A stretch of DNA of 64,000 nucleotides, taken from contig CAWHCF010000049.1 of assembly GCA_963827655.1 (NCBI GenBank), positions 352,001 through 416,000 of the forward strand, read 5' to 3'. The notes beneath the pieces are model-generated. The model worked only from the letters and a program-made list of their open reading frames with translations, did no database searches and was not told the origin of the DNA. A program made the position numbers and the translations under genes. The first letter of the stretch is position 1, and every line of letters begins with the position of its first letter. This DNA is from an uncultured Acidobacteriota bacterium (GTDB lineage Bacteria; Acidobacteriota; UBA6911). Below are positions 1-9,942 of this stretch, in pieces.

Positions 1-2555
1 ATTCCCATTGGACAGTGTCTTGACACTCACTTTGAGGGGTTGGAAGATGCCCTCCGTGCTGGCATTGGTAAGCCTGGCGTTAATCGTAAATCTGCCAGCG
101 GGCGCACCCGGACCGGGGGTGGGGTCAAAGGAGGTTTGTGTCACAACAAAGGTGACCAGGTCATTGACAATCTGTTGCTCACACACCGGTAGTGGAACAC
201 CAGCGGAAAGATTCGCGTCGAGCTTGGCGACAAAGACTTCACCGTCGCCTGCAAAGGTCATGTCCGCTGAGCCTGCCCCGATGCCGGGAAAGTCAGCGGA
301 GGTTGTACCACCCGCCACATAAACATTCCCCATGCTGTCCAGGGCGACGGCACTAGCGCCCGTCAGAACTACTCCCCCCCAGGAAGGTGGCCGCCAAGAG
401 CGTGCCGAGATTGGCATCAAGCTTCGCCACAAAGGCTTCATTGAATCCACCAAACGTGCTATCGGCCGAGCCCACTCCGATCCCAGGAAAGTCGCGGGAG
501 TTTGTAAGACCCGCCACATAGACATTCCCCATGCTGTCCAGGGCAAGGGCACAAGCGATTTCAGAAAATAAAAAAGCAGCTCCCCCCCAGGAAGGTGGCT
601 CCCAGGAGCGTGCCGAGATTGGCATCGAGCTTCGCCACAAAGCCTTCACCATACAACAAAAGTACTGTCGGCCGAGCCCGCCCCGATGCCCGGAAAGTCG
701 GCGGAGCTTGTGATACCCGCCACATAAACATTCCCCATGCTGTCCAGGGCGAGGGCACCAACGCCGTCAGAATCACCAAAAATGCGGACCACTCCCTCCC
801 AGGAAGGTGGCCGCCAGCAGTCTGCCGAGATTGGCATCGAGCTTCGCCACAAAGGCTTCCTGGCTTCCAGAAAAGGCGCTGTCGGCCGAGCCCCCCGGAC
901 CCCGGGGAAGTCTGAGGATTGTGTGAAACCCGCCACATAGACATTCCCCATGCTGTCCAGGGCGAGGGTCACCAGCCGGAATACCACCGCCGCTCCCCCC
1001 CAGGAAGGTGGCCGCCAGAAGTCTGCTAAGATTGGCATCGAGCTTCGCCACAAAGGCCTCACCGTCTCCAGAAAAGGCGCTGTCGGCCGAGCCCGCCCCG
1101 ATCCCGGGAAAGTCGGCGGAAAAGGTGAAGCCCGCCACATAGACATTCCCGATGCTGTCCAGGGCGAGGGCATTGGCGGAATCAGCACTGCTCCCCCCCA
1201 GGAAGGTGGCCCCCAGCAGTCTGCTAAGATTGGAATCGAGCTTCGCCACAAAGGCTTCACCGCCTCAGCAAAGATGCTGTCGGCTGAGCCCGCCCCGACC
1301 CCGGGGAAGTCTGAGGACTCTGTAAAACCCGCCACATAGACATTCCCCATGCTGTCCAGGGCGAGGGCACAACCTCAGCGAAATCGACCACTCCCCCCCA
1401 GGAAGGTGGCCGCCAGCAGACTACTGAGATTGGCATCGAGCTTCGCCACAAAGGCTTCACTGTCTCCTGCAAGGATGACAAGGTGCTGTCGGCTGAGCCC
1501 GCCCCGACCCCGGGAAAGTCGGTGGATTCTGTAGAACCCGCCACATAGACATTCCCCATGCTGTCCAGGGCGATGGCGAAAGGTTGCAGCGAAATCGTCA
1601 AAACCACTCCCCCCAAGGAAGGTCGCCGCCAGGATAGGATCGATCACCAACTCTTTTGTCTTGTCATACTCGCCAACCTTAAAGCCGTACTCATTTCCCT
1701 TTACTACATAGGCCACCGCCACCAACTCTTGTTTGCCTCCCTCGTCCTGATAGGCCACAGGCTTGGAGAATCTCACTGTTCCCAGCTTTGTCTCGACCTC
1801 CAGTTCCCCCTGCTCAGCGACCTTTACTCCCTTCCCACCCTGCACCCGCACCTTGATCTGTTCCGGCCGAGCTCCAGGTCGCACATAAAAGAGCTTCTCC
1901 GCCGTGTGCCCATAGGCCTTGAGCTTCACTTCCACTCCCTCATACACTTCTCCCAGACTCACACAATCGTATGCGGGAATATCATTCGTCCACTTCGATC
2001 GGTTATTCCCCTTGAAGTAGTTCAGCTTGGTAGTCGTCTGACCCTCTCCCTCCACTGCTTTCACTTTTCCCCCTACGAGCTCCTCCCGCAAAGCGACTCC
2101 CCGGCTTGGCCTCTTTCCCTCCCCTTGGGACAGGGCATACACGAACGCGCCTTTCTGTGTGACAAAAACCGTTCCCCCAAAGGTAGGGGCATAGAAGGTG
2201 ACCTCTGCATCCGTCTGTCCCTGATTCTTGATAAAAGGAATATGCAGCTTCCCGATCTTCTGCCGGACTGCCTTTAGGACGTTGTCCTTGTGGCCAAGCG
2301 CATGTGATGGCTGCGAGACGAAAACGCCCTGGGTACCATCGGCGGAGTGGCGATCGGCCCCTAGAGCCCCTGCTCCACCAAAGTGTCCGAGAGCCAGCAG
2401 AGAGACGATTAAGGCCACCAGAGACACACGCAGCGCTCTGCCGGACGGCCTCTTGCCACTGTTTTCTGCCTTGGTTGCCGCTTCAGCTTCGGCTCCCGCC
2501 ATGTTTTTGTGCTCTCCTGTGCTGCTTGCGATAGCCGAACTGTTTCCTCTTCCAT
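1..2555 (-). CDS. Secreted SBBP-repeat 7-bladed beta-propeller protein with N-terminal accessory domain and C-terminal ~120-aa shared domain (frameshifted; 3' end beyond window)
   Basis: ATG 2555 with GGAGA RBS; hydrophobic signal segment; PFIKNQGQ..NYFKGNNRSKW..ELVIDP N-domain; 7 repeats of LAATFLGGS..ALALDSMGNVYVAG.T.S.DFPG..EAFVAKLDANL across frames; near-identical to 9943-12649. Confidence 0.85.
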
Positions 2556-2811
2556 GGTCATCTCCCTGGCCACTAATTTGTCGGCCTCAATTTGCTATTA
2601 GCGTTCCCTATTAGTTCTCTCCATCTCTTTCCGTCTTTATGCCGTCGTCTAAGAACAAAAGTTGGCTACCAGAGCACTAGCACATCTTCAGAAGAGCTTG
2701 TGCAATCCATGGAGCATTGCTCAAGGATTGTGTTGAAAGTGCTGCTAAGTCCCCGGCGGCGGGAGAGTGGCTCAGAAAGGAGCTTCGCTGAATTATCCAG
2801 GGGCACGCCCT

Positions 2812-2978
2812 CCGGCACCGACTGCCGTCTTTTTCAGGTGCCAGATGGCTGCTTCCACCTCACGCCGCTCGTGCGGGGCGAGGTCAAGCTGCTGGAACGC
2901 TGTCTCCGGCGTGGGCATGACGTGCCCAAAGCGCACCCCCTGGTTCCCAAGACGGCCCGCGAGCCCAACCATTTCGAT
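2812..2978 (-). pseudogene. Internal fragment of a radical SAM paralog of 5322-6371
   Basis: IEMVGLAGRLGNQGVRFGHVMPTPETAFQQLDLAPHERREVEAAIWHLKK aligns with AEMIELAARLGSSGVRFGHLMPTPETALRGLDLSPVQRRGVEAEIWRLQK; no CX3CX2C. Confidence 0.8.
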
Positions 2979-3243
2979 GTATAAGCATTTTCTATCCCCA
3001 AGAGGGTTGGAGAGGCAAGCGAAATTCCGGCGCGGGCGAGGGTCGGCAGGTCTGTTCGGTGGCACCTGTTGAGAATTCGACTTGACATCTCGGAAGCGGC
3101 ACATGACCATAGGGGCAGCTTACTTCACTCTGGAGCGGGTTCACTCTACTGGTGTTTACGCCTGCTGCGGAGGTAGCGCCCTTGTTCTGAGATGCGATAA
3201 GAAGAATTCTCCCCAAGCCAAACTCTGCCCGAGCTGGTAAGGG

Positions 3244-3826
3244 ATGGCCGGGTTGCCGCGGCCGGCAGCATTCAGCCACCAACGGTGGCCTGGGGGGATT
3301 CTTGACTTTCAGGGTAACGTGATGTTGGCTTGCTGTCGATCTTTTCGTACCGTCCGAGAACGCGTCGCCCAGGCATGGCTTGCCGCTCGTCTAGGCAGTT
3401 TCCTTTGTCTACTGCCGGTTCTTCTTCGTATCTACTCTCTTCCGCGCGTCCTGCAGCGGCTCGGGAAACCTTCGCAAGACCCCTGGGGGAGGTTTTTGCA
3501 GTTCGAATCAATTGTTCAGGTTGTCAGGAGGATGAGCAACTTGCCGTTTTTACGTCCCCCTCTCTTTCCCCGCTCCTGTCTTCTTCATTCTCTGATCTAC
3601 TACCACGCGTTGCGCGGGCGCGGGATACACCGTACAGATTCATTTTGGGATTCGCAGGACCGGGGCGGAACTGCAAGGTCATAGCTGGCTAACCATACCC
3701 AAAATGCCAGCCGCCCAAGGAAATCGCACGAAAGCGTTTAATACAATTTTTTCGTACCCTTCGACTTCATTCTTGTCTTCTGGCCAGGAGGCCAACAGAA
3801 TTGAGAACGAAGTTAAGTCCACTTAG
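3244..3826 (+). CDS. Lasso-type B2 leader peptidase (transglutaminase-like), one frameshift near 3625
   Basis: SCLLHSLIYYHALRGRG (catalytic Cys motif), then in the shifted frame VQIHFGIRRTGAELQGHSWL (catalytic His motif); stop TAG 3824-3826; start uncertain. Confidence 0.8.
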
Positions 3827-3839
3827 CATGGAGGCATCG

Positions 3840-4019
3840 ATGGACGAAAAGAAAACAGAAAATTCGCTCGAAGAACACGACCAGGAGAAATCTGTCGCTT
3901 TTTCGCCGCCACGCAAAAAGGCCTGGGAAGAGCCGAGGCTGTCGTATGTCAAACCCAAGCTTACGATACATGGGTCGCTGAAGGAGCTGACTGGTTTCTT
4001 CGGCGGATTTACTCCCTGA
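3840..4019 (+). CDS. RiPP precursor peptide, 59 aa (lasso-type leader, core (G)FFGGFTP)
   Basis: GGAGG RBS at 3830; MDEKK..KAWEEPRLSYVKPKLTIHGSLKELTGFFGGFTP; exact YxxPxLx3Gx5T leader; lies between B2 and kinase genes. Confidence 0.85.
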   Translation: MDEKKTENSLEEHDQEKSVAFSPPRKKAWEEPRLSYVKPKLTIHGSLKELTGFFGGFTP

Positions 4020-4169
4020 TGACTTTTGTACTTTTGGAGGAAAGGCGATCGCCGTCCTGTAAGCGGATAAGGATCGAGAGGACGGTCTGAGAGATGGGAC
4101 GCCAATCGGAAGGGCCGTCGAATCCCAAGTGCAAACGTAACGCCGCGCTACTGAATACCTCAGGCAAAA

Positions 4170-5303
4170 TTGAAGCCCATCCTTACCTACCCAAAGCAAC
4201 CGAGAAGAGGGAAGCGCACTTACTACGCCCTTCACGATCTCTTGCTGGAGGTGGAAGAAGAAACAGAGGGAGACGGAAAGGATCTGGCACGGCTTCTGTG
4301 CGACCTGACGTGTGTGCAAGCCGGGCCTCGGGCCCACAACCCAAGTCTTCGAATCACCGTCGCCAATGACGTGAATTTGCGCAGAATCCCGAGAGGTTGC
4401 CGGGAGGTTCTTCAGGCTGATGGATTCAGCGGGCTCGAGAGAGCGGGTGAGTTCTACTTGACCGACGGCTCATCTCTGTTTCGCCTGCGGCCTTTGCTGT
4501 CCCGGGGGGATGCTCAGATAGCTCCTTCGTTTTTTGATAAACCGCCAATCCTTCAAAGAAACTTCTGGGCTTTTGGGCTACTGAAACTCCTGAGACCCTT
4601 GGGTGTGTATAGTCTTCATGCCGCCGGTGTGGCCGCTAGCAAGGAACTGGGCGTCTTGATCGTCGGGGAATCGGGCAGTGGGAAATCCACTCTGGCGTTA
4701 GACTTGATCCGACAAGGCTGGAGCTACCTTGGGGATGATGCGGTACTCCTCCGGATGCAGCCGGAGGGCGTGGAGGCGCTGGCATTCCGTAGGAATTTCT
4801 ATGTCGATGCTAGCGCCGGTGGAGACAATTTAGATTTTCCCTTAGGCGAGCATGTGCCGGATTCCTTTGGGAGGAGAAGGCGAATGGTACATGTCGAAGA
4901 AGCCCGTCCAGAACAATACATTGCCGCGTGCATCCCGCGTGTTCTTCTATTCTCAAAAATCATTGCCGGCTCGCAGAGTACGCTCGCTCCTTTGGACCGT
5001 AGCATCGCCCTCAAGCGCTTGCTCGCCGCCAGTGGCCCGCAATTGTTTGACCGAAACACCATGGCTGAACACCTGGAACTCCTTAGTGTTCTCTTGCGGC
5101 AGACGGTTAGCTACCAGTTAACCGCCGGGCGCGACCTTTACCGCAATCCTGTCAAACTCGCGAATCTGCTTCGTGCTTCATTTCATAATTACGGTGACTT
5201 TGCGCCGCCGCGGGGGATGGCGGGCGTTGCATTGCCTCCGAGAGGAAAAAGAACACCGCCGCGCAAGCCAGCTTCAAGTAGCATAGTTATGAAAGAAGAC
5301 TGA
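4170..5303 (+). CDS. HPr kinase-like P-loop kinase (RiPP-associated)
   Basis: LHAAGVA, Walker A GESGSGKST, YLGDDAVLL. Confidence 0.8.
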   Translation: MKPILTYPKQPRRGKRTYYALHDLLLEVEEETEGDGKDLARLLCDLTCVQAGPRAHNPSLRITVANDVNLRRIPRGCREVLQADGFSGLERAGEFYLTDGSSLFRLRPLLSRGDAQIAPSFFDKPPILQRNFWAFGLLKLLRPLGVYSLHAAGVAASKELGVLIVGESGSGKSTLALDLIRQGWSYLGDDAVLLRMQPEGVEALAFRRNFYVDASAGGDNLDFPLGEHVPDSFGRRRRMVHVEEARPEQYIAACIPRVLLFSKIIAGSQSTLAPLDRSIALKRLLAASGPQLFDRNTMAEHLELLSVLLRQTVSYQLTAGRDLYRNPVKLANLLRASFHNYGDFAPPRGMAGVALPPRGKRTPPRKPASSSIVMKED

Positions 5304-5321
5304 GGCCCCAGGACAGACGAC

Positions 5322-6371
5322 ATGGCGCGACTTGTTATAGAGCTGACCAATCGGTGCAACCTGATGTGTGAACACTGCTTCGACGAGAGGCATGCTGGCA
5401 CCGGGGACCTGCCGTTGGAAGTCATCGACAAAGTGCTTGGGGAAGGGAAGAGTTGTGGTATCGACCACCTGGCTTTTACTGGCGGAGAGCCGACCATTCA
5501 TCGTCAGTTTCATGAAATCGTGCGTCGCGTCTGCAATGCTGCGTACACCTTTAGCCTCGTTAGCAACGGCACTACTTTTCCCGAAGTGTATCCGTTGCTT
5601 GTCGAGAACCAAAGATGGTTCAAGGGCGTAACCTTCAGCCTTGATGGAGCACGACAGGAAACCCATGATGCGTTGCGGGGAAATGGATCGTATCGTCGAG
5701 TAGCAAAGGCAGTCAGCATCTGTGCTTTCAAGAACATCCCCTTTACCCTCAATATGGTCCTGACTGCCAAGAATCGAACAGAAATAGCAGAAATGATCGA
5801 ACTGGCTGCCCGATTGGGAAGTAGCGGGGTGCGCTTCGGCCACCTGATGCCGACACCTGAGACGGCACTGCGAGGTCTCGATCTTTCCCCTGTGCAACGG
5901 CGGGGAGTGGAAGCAGAGATCTGGCGACTCCAGAAGAGTGCTCCGGTGCCGGTCTATATGGCGCCCGGATACTACAGCGAATCCCCCTTCTTTCCGTGTG
6001 CCCCCCTGGAACTTGAGGAATTCAACCTGGACCACCGGGGGAACGTTACCCTCTGCTGTCAGCTTTCAGGCTATTCAGGACCAGTATCCGGCACTGACGT
6101 CATAGGCAATCTGCGCGAGGTAAGCCTCGCCGAAGCGTGCAACAACTTCCGACTGCGAGTGGCTAGATACCTGGACGACAAGCGGGATCGGATCCGCCAA
6201 GGAGCATTTAGCGATCTGGACCATTTTCCTTGCTGGTACTGCATGAAATATCTGGACAAAGTGACCCGACTCAAAAACTTTCCACAGCACTCGTGGGCCC
6301 ACGAGAATGCCGAGATTATTGCTGAGGGAGTACATGTTCACTCTGGATCAAAAGCTTGGAGTTCACCCTGA
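5322..6371 (+). CDS. Radical SAM enzyme with C-terminal SPASM/twitch-like Cys motifs
   Basis: CNLMCEHC, FTGGEP, SLDGA..HDALRG.GSY; C-terminal FPC..GNVTLCC..C..CWYC. Confidence 0.92.
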   Translation: MARLVIELTNRCNLMCEHCFDERHAGTGDLPLEVIDKVLGEGKSCGIDHLAFTGGEPTIHRQFHEIVRRVCNAAYTFSLVSNGTTFPEVYPLLVENQRWFKGVTFSLDGARQETHDALRGNGSYRRVAKAVSICAFKNIPFTLNMVLTAKNRTEIAEMIELAARLGSSGVRFGHLMPTPETALRGLDLSPVQRRGVEAEIWRLQKSAPVPVYMAPGYYSESPFFPCAPLELEEFNLDHRGNVTLCCQLSGYSGPVSGTDVIGNLREVSLAEACNNFRLRVARYLDDKRDRIRQGAFSDLDHFPCWYCMKYLDKVTRLKNFPQHSWAHENAEIIAEGVHVHSGSKAWSSP

Positions 6372-6618
6372 GGTTGTTGATACCGAACTCGACACGAGTG
6401 AAACGGCTCTGCTCCACCTCGGAAGCAAAATCTACTACAGCCTCAACGCGACAGGAGTGCGGGTTTGGCAGGGTCTCAAGCAGGGACTCACGCTGAACCA
6501 GATCAGTCAGAGTCTTCAGGAAGAGTTTGATGTGGATGCTCAGACGGCCAACCGCGGTGTGCTTGAACTCGTTGAGGATCTCAGCCAGCAAGGGCTGGTT
6601 CAAGTTCTCGACCCATGA
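6334..6618 (+). CDS. PqqD family RiPP recognition element (RRE)
   Basis: LLHLGSKIYYSLNATGVRVWQGL..L.EEFDVD..V.ELVEDL.QQGLV; GAGGGAG RBS. Confidence 0.9.
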   Translation: MFTLDQKLGVHPEVVDTELDTSETALLHLGSKIYYSLNATGVRVWQGLKQGLTLNQISQSLQEEFDVDAQTANRGVLELVEDLSQQGLVQVLDP

Positions 6619-7134
6619 TCATCCGTCCGGCCAGGGGTGAAGATCTCCCGAGTTTGGCCGTCCTCTTTCGACAAGAGATCGCGTATCAGAGGCAGATCTG
6701 TCCATTTTGGGAGCTCTCGCCTCAGTTCGATTGTCTGAGCTTTTTGCAGACCAAGCTGAGCAATCCCCACGAGCGGCTGTTTGTAGCGGAGCGAAACGCG
6801 CAACTATTAGGTTATATCCTTGTCCGGGTCATCCAGGCGCCTCACCATCGTTTTCCGAGAAACATCTTTAGACATTTTTTTTCAGAGAAATCAACTCTTG
6901 CATTCATCCGGCCGCCCAACACTGGCTCCATTGAGGACTGCTATGTCGAACCACAGTCGCGGCGGCAGCGAGTGGGCAGCGCTCTGTTGAAACAGGGTCT
7001 TGAGATGGTTGGAGGCACAAGGGGTAAGGCACATAGAGCTCGCAGTCTCCGCGGGAAATGGAGATGGCATTGCTTTTTGGGAGAGGCAGGGCTTCGTCTC
7101 GTCTCGATTCCTTATGTTCAAGGAGATCGGCTGA
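6615..7134 (+). CDS. GNAT N-acetyltransferase (frameshift near 7000)
   Basis: MIIRPA..D, IEDCYVEPQSRRQRVGSALL; shifted frame GVRHIELAVSAGNGDGIAFWERQGF; ATGA overlap with PqqD stop. Confidence 0.85.
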
Positions 7135-7137
7135 ATT

Positions 7138-8397
7138 ATGCAATGGATTCCTCCGTTGAATCTATCTCCTGAATGGAGATTTGTACTCGCGTCCGCCCGA
7201 ACCGACATTCCTCTGCATGACCTGCAGATTGGTCTAGCTAGCCAGGATTTAGATTGGGATCGCGTGACAGAAATCTCATACCGGCATGGTATAGCGCCGC
7301 TGATCTATTACAACCTCAAGCGCCGCGAGGTTACCGGTGTCGTGACAAGCAGTGCGTTGAACAAATTGAAGGAATCCTATTACGGCAATGCAGCCAGAAA
7401 TGGACTTCTTTACCGTGAACTGCATAAGGTCCTGGGATCCCTCAAAGATGTGGGAATTGAGGTTATTGTGCTGAAGGGCGCAATGCTTGCGGAGACCGTA
7501 TATCCGAATCGAGCTCTAAGACCGATGAACGATATCGATCTTCTGGTCAGAAAGGAAGCTGTATCGAGAGCCGAGGATAAGCTCGCTGAGCTTGGCTACA
7601 GTTTGCGCGAAAGTCCCAGATCGAAAGAATGGTTTAAAGAATATCATCACCATTTACCTCTTGTCAGGTACGAGGCCGGTCCCCTCGAAATTCACTTGGA
7701 AGTTCATTGGGATATCCAAGGCCCAGGGAAACCGTTCAAGATAGGGATCGACAGAATTTGGAGCACAGCACTGCCGGTCACGATAGCCGGTGTTGAGTGC
7801 TCCGTGCTGTCCAGGGAGGACTTGCTACTGCATCTATGCCTCCATACCTGTCACCCCCACAAGTTGACCGGCGGGATAAGATCTCTTTGCGATATCGCCG
7901 AAACTATCCAGCGGTATGGTCGACAGATCGACTGGAATCAGTTACAGACTCGTTCGTCTCGATGGCGAATAAATCAATACGTTTACCTCACGCTGCGTCT
8001 CGCCAAGGAGCTATTGGGAGCGGAGGTTCCGGATCCCGTATTAGACTCTCTTGAGCCCCACGGCTTCGACCGCGGGCTGGTCCGGTGGGCAAAAGAAGAG
8101 ATTCTGGGAGACAAGGAAGCTTCCCCAATCTTTCCTGAGCTCGCGCAACTATGGAGCGGGCGCCGTATTAAAGACAGGTTGCAGATCCTGGTGAGGATAC
8201 TTTCCCCAAAATTAATCGCAAAGTATCAGGGAATTTCGCCGGCGTCAAAGAGAATCTATCTCCATTATCCGGCACGGCTCAAAACCCTTTTCTTGCGGTA
8301 TGGTCCGGTGCTGTGGGGCCTGGTTCGTTGCGATCGGAAACTAACAGCGGCAGCGGAGGGAAAAGCGCGATTGGCGGAGTGGCTGAATAAGTGCTGA
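7138..8397 (+). CDS. Nucleotidyltransferase family protein (NTP_transf_5-like, as in lasso clusters)
   Basis: VIVLKGAMLAETVYP..LRPMNDIDLLV, LEVHW, LLLHLCLH, LCDI. Confidence 0.88.
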   Translation: MQWIPPLNLSPEWRFVLASARTDIPLHDLQIGLASQDLDWDRVTEISYRHGIAPLIYYNLKRREVTGVVTSSALNKLKESYYGNAARNGLLYRELHKVLGSLKDVGIEVIVLKGAMLAETVYPNRALRPMNDIDLLVRKEAVSRAEDKLAELGYSLRESPRSKEWFKEYHHHLPLVRYEAGPLEIHLEVHWDIQGPGKPFKIGIDRIWSTALPVTIAGVECSVLSREDLLLHLCLHTCHPHKLTGGIRSLCDIAETIQRYGRQIDWNQLQTRSSRWRINQYVYLTLRLAKELLGAEVPDPVLDSLEPHGFDRGLVRWAKEEILGDKEASPIFPELAQLWSGRRIKDRLQILVRILSPKLIAKYQGISPASKRIYLHYPARLKTLFLRYGPVLWGLVRCDRKLTAAAEGKARLAEWLNKC

Positions 8398-8475
8398 CGT
8401 CAGGCGAAATTTGGATTCCTTACAGGCACTCTCGTTCGTTGAAAGCGTATCAAGAATTACCTGAAAGGAGTCATC

Positions 8476-9878
8476 GTGGCAAGTCGACTACGTGAGCCAG
8501 TTGACCGAGTCGAAGGATTCAGAGGCCGAACCCATCTACTTCTGTTTAGACGCCGAGAACGGATGATCTCGACCGTATTGTGCTTTGCGCCGTGACGGGT
8601 GGAGTGAGGCATTAATCGTCAGGTGTTGCACGAAGGAATCGGGCGTGAGGACGACGCTGAGGCGCAACGAAACTCGCGTGATATAGTGCGACAATCCGCA
8701 AAAGCTTGAAACACATCCTGGGCAAATTTTGACACAGCGAATGCACGTGAGCGTGTGTCAGGAAGGCACGGTGAGTCATGAATACACAGAACAGTAACAC
8801 GATCGGTTTCAACAGATGGTTTGGGATGATGTGCGTGTGGGGAGTGGCGGCCCTGATTGCGCTGACCGCGACGTCTGCGGAGGCCGCGGGATTTAACGTC
8901 AATAGCGAGGTGACGTTCACTCCGCTCCCCTCGACATACACGACGACCACCAGCACGACCGGCTGTCCGGCAGCATTTTCCGGAAAGTTCACCTTTACCG
9001 CCCTGTTAACGAATAAGACCGGAAGCCCGGCGATGCCGGGTCTGACCGTCCGCGTCGTGACGCTCACCAACGGTAATCTGCTGCTGGACCCGCAAACCAA
9101 CGCCGTCCTAGGCGGAGAGGGCGCGGAGATGACAGTACCCAAGGTGGAGCAGTATGCCGACGGCCTGCTCAGTCCGGGCGAGTCGGTGAACGTCCCGTTC
9201 TCGGTGTGCTTAAAGACATTTCAACCGTTTCAGTTTTTCGTGGACGTGTTCGGTGTCGTGACCCGATTGGTCAGCATCAACCGGTTTGGAACCGGGTCCG
9301 GCAATGGCTCTTCGTTTGTCCGCCCAGCGGCGATCAGCGCGGACGGCCGTTTCGTGGCATTCGACAGCGCAGCGAGCGATTTGGTGGCAAACGATACCAA
9401 CGGCTACCGACGACGTGTTCGTGCGGGATCTGCAGCTGGGGACGACTACGTTGGTGAGCATCAACCGGTTTGGAACCGGGTCCGGCAATGGCTCCTCCTT
9501 CGCCTCCGTGATCAGCGCGGACGGCCGTTTCGTGGCGTTTCCAGCGCAGCGAGCGATTTGGTGGCAAACGATACCAACGGTATACCAACGACGTGTTCGT
9601 GCGGGATCTGCAGCTGGGGACGACTACGTTGGTGAGCATCAACCGGTTTGGAACCGGGTCCGGCAATGGCTCTCGGTTGGTCTCCGTGATCAGCGCGGAC
9701 GGCCGTTTCGTGGCATTCAGAGCGTTGCGAGCGATTTGGTGGCCAACGATACCAACGGTACCAGCGACCTGTTCGTGCGTCCTGTCGCGCCCTGAGGAAG
9801 TGCGGAATTCAGGATCTTTCACAGGCGTTGCACAATCATTCACTGCCCCGACTTAGTGGTGGCAAGTCGACTACGTGA
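8476..9878 (+). repeat. Perfect 20-bp direct repeat GTGGCAAGTCGACTACGTGA at 8476-8495 and 9859-9878
   Basis: Both copies read directly; they bracket the 8778-9795 gene. Confidence 0.85.
8778..9795 (+). CDS. Secreted protein: signal peptide + ~120-aa shared domain + three TolB/PD40-like repeats (frameshifted)
   Basis: Signal peptide ending SAEA; 3 near-identical ~180-nt units LVSINRFGTGSGNGSS..ISADGRFVAF.S.ASDLVANDTNG..DVFVRDL. Confidence 0.8.
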
Positions 9879-9942
9879 CGGATTTTAATATGAAATTACA
9901 ATGGCAGATTAAGGTCACGAAACTAATGGCGCGGAGGTAACC

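Noticed and set aside
3244-8397. Canonical lasso peptide cluster
   Set aside because: No Asn-synthetase-like cyclase in the window; the core is too short and has no Asp/Glu
8477-8492. Sigma-54 promoter within the 20-bp repeat (TGGCA)
   Set aside because: No -12 TTGC/GC at the required spacing
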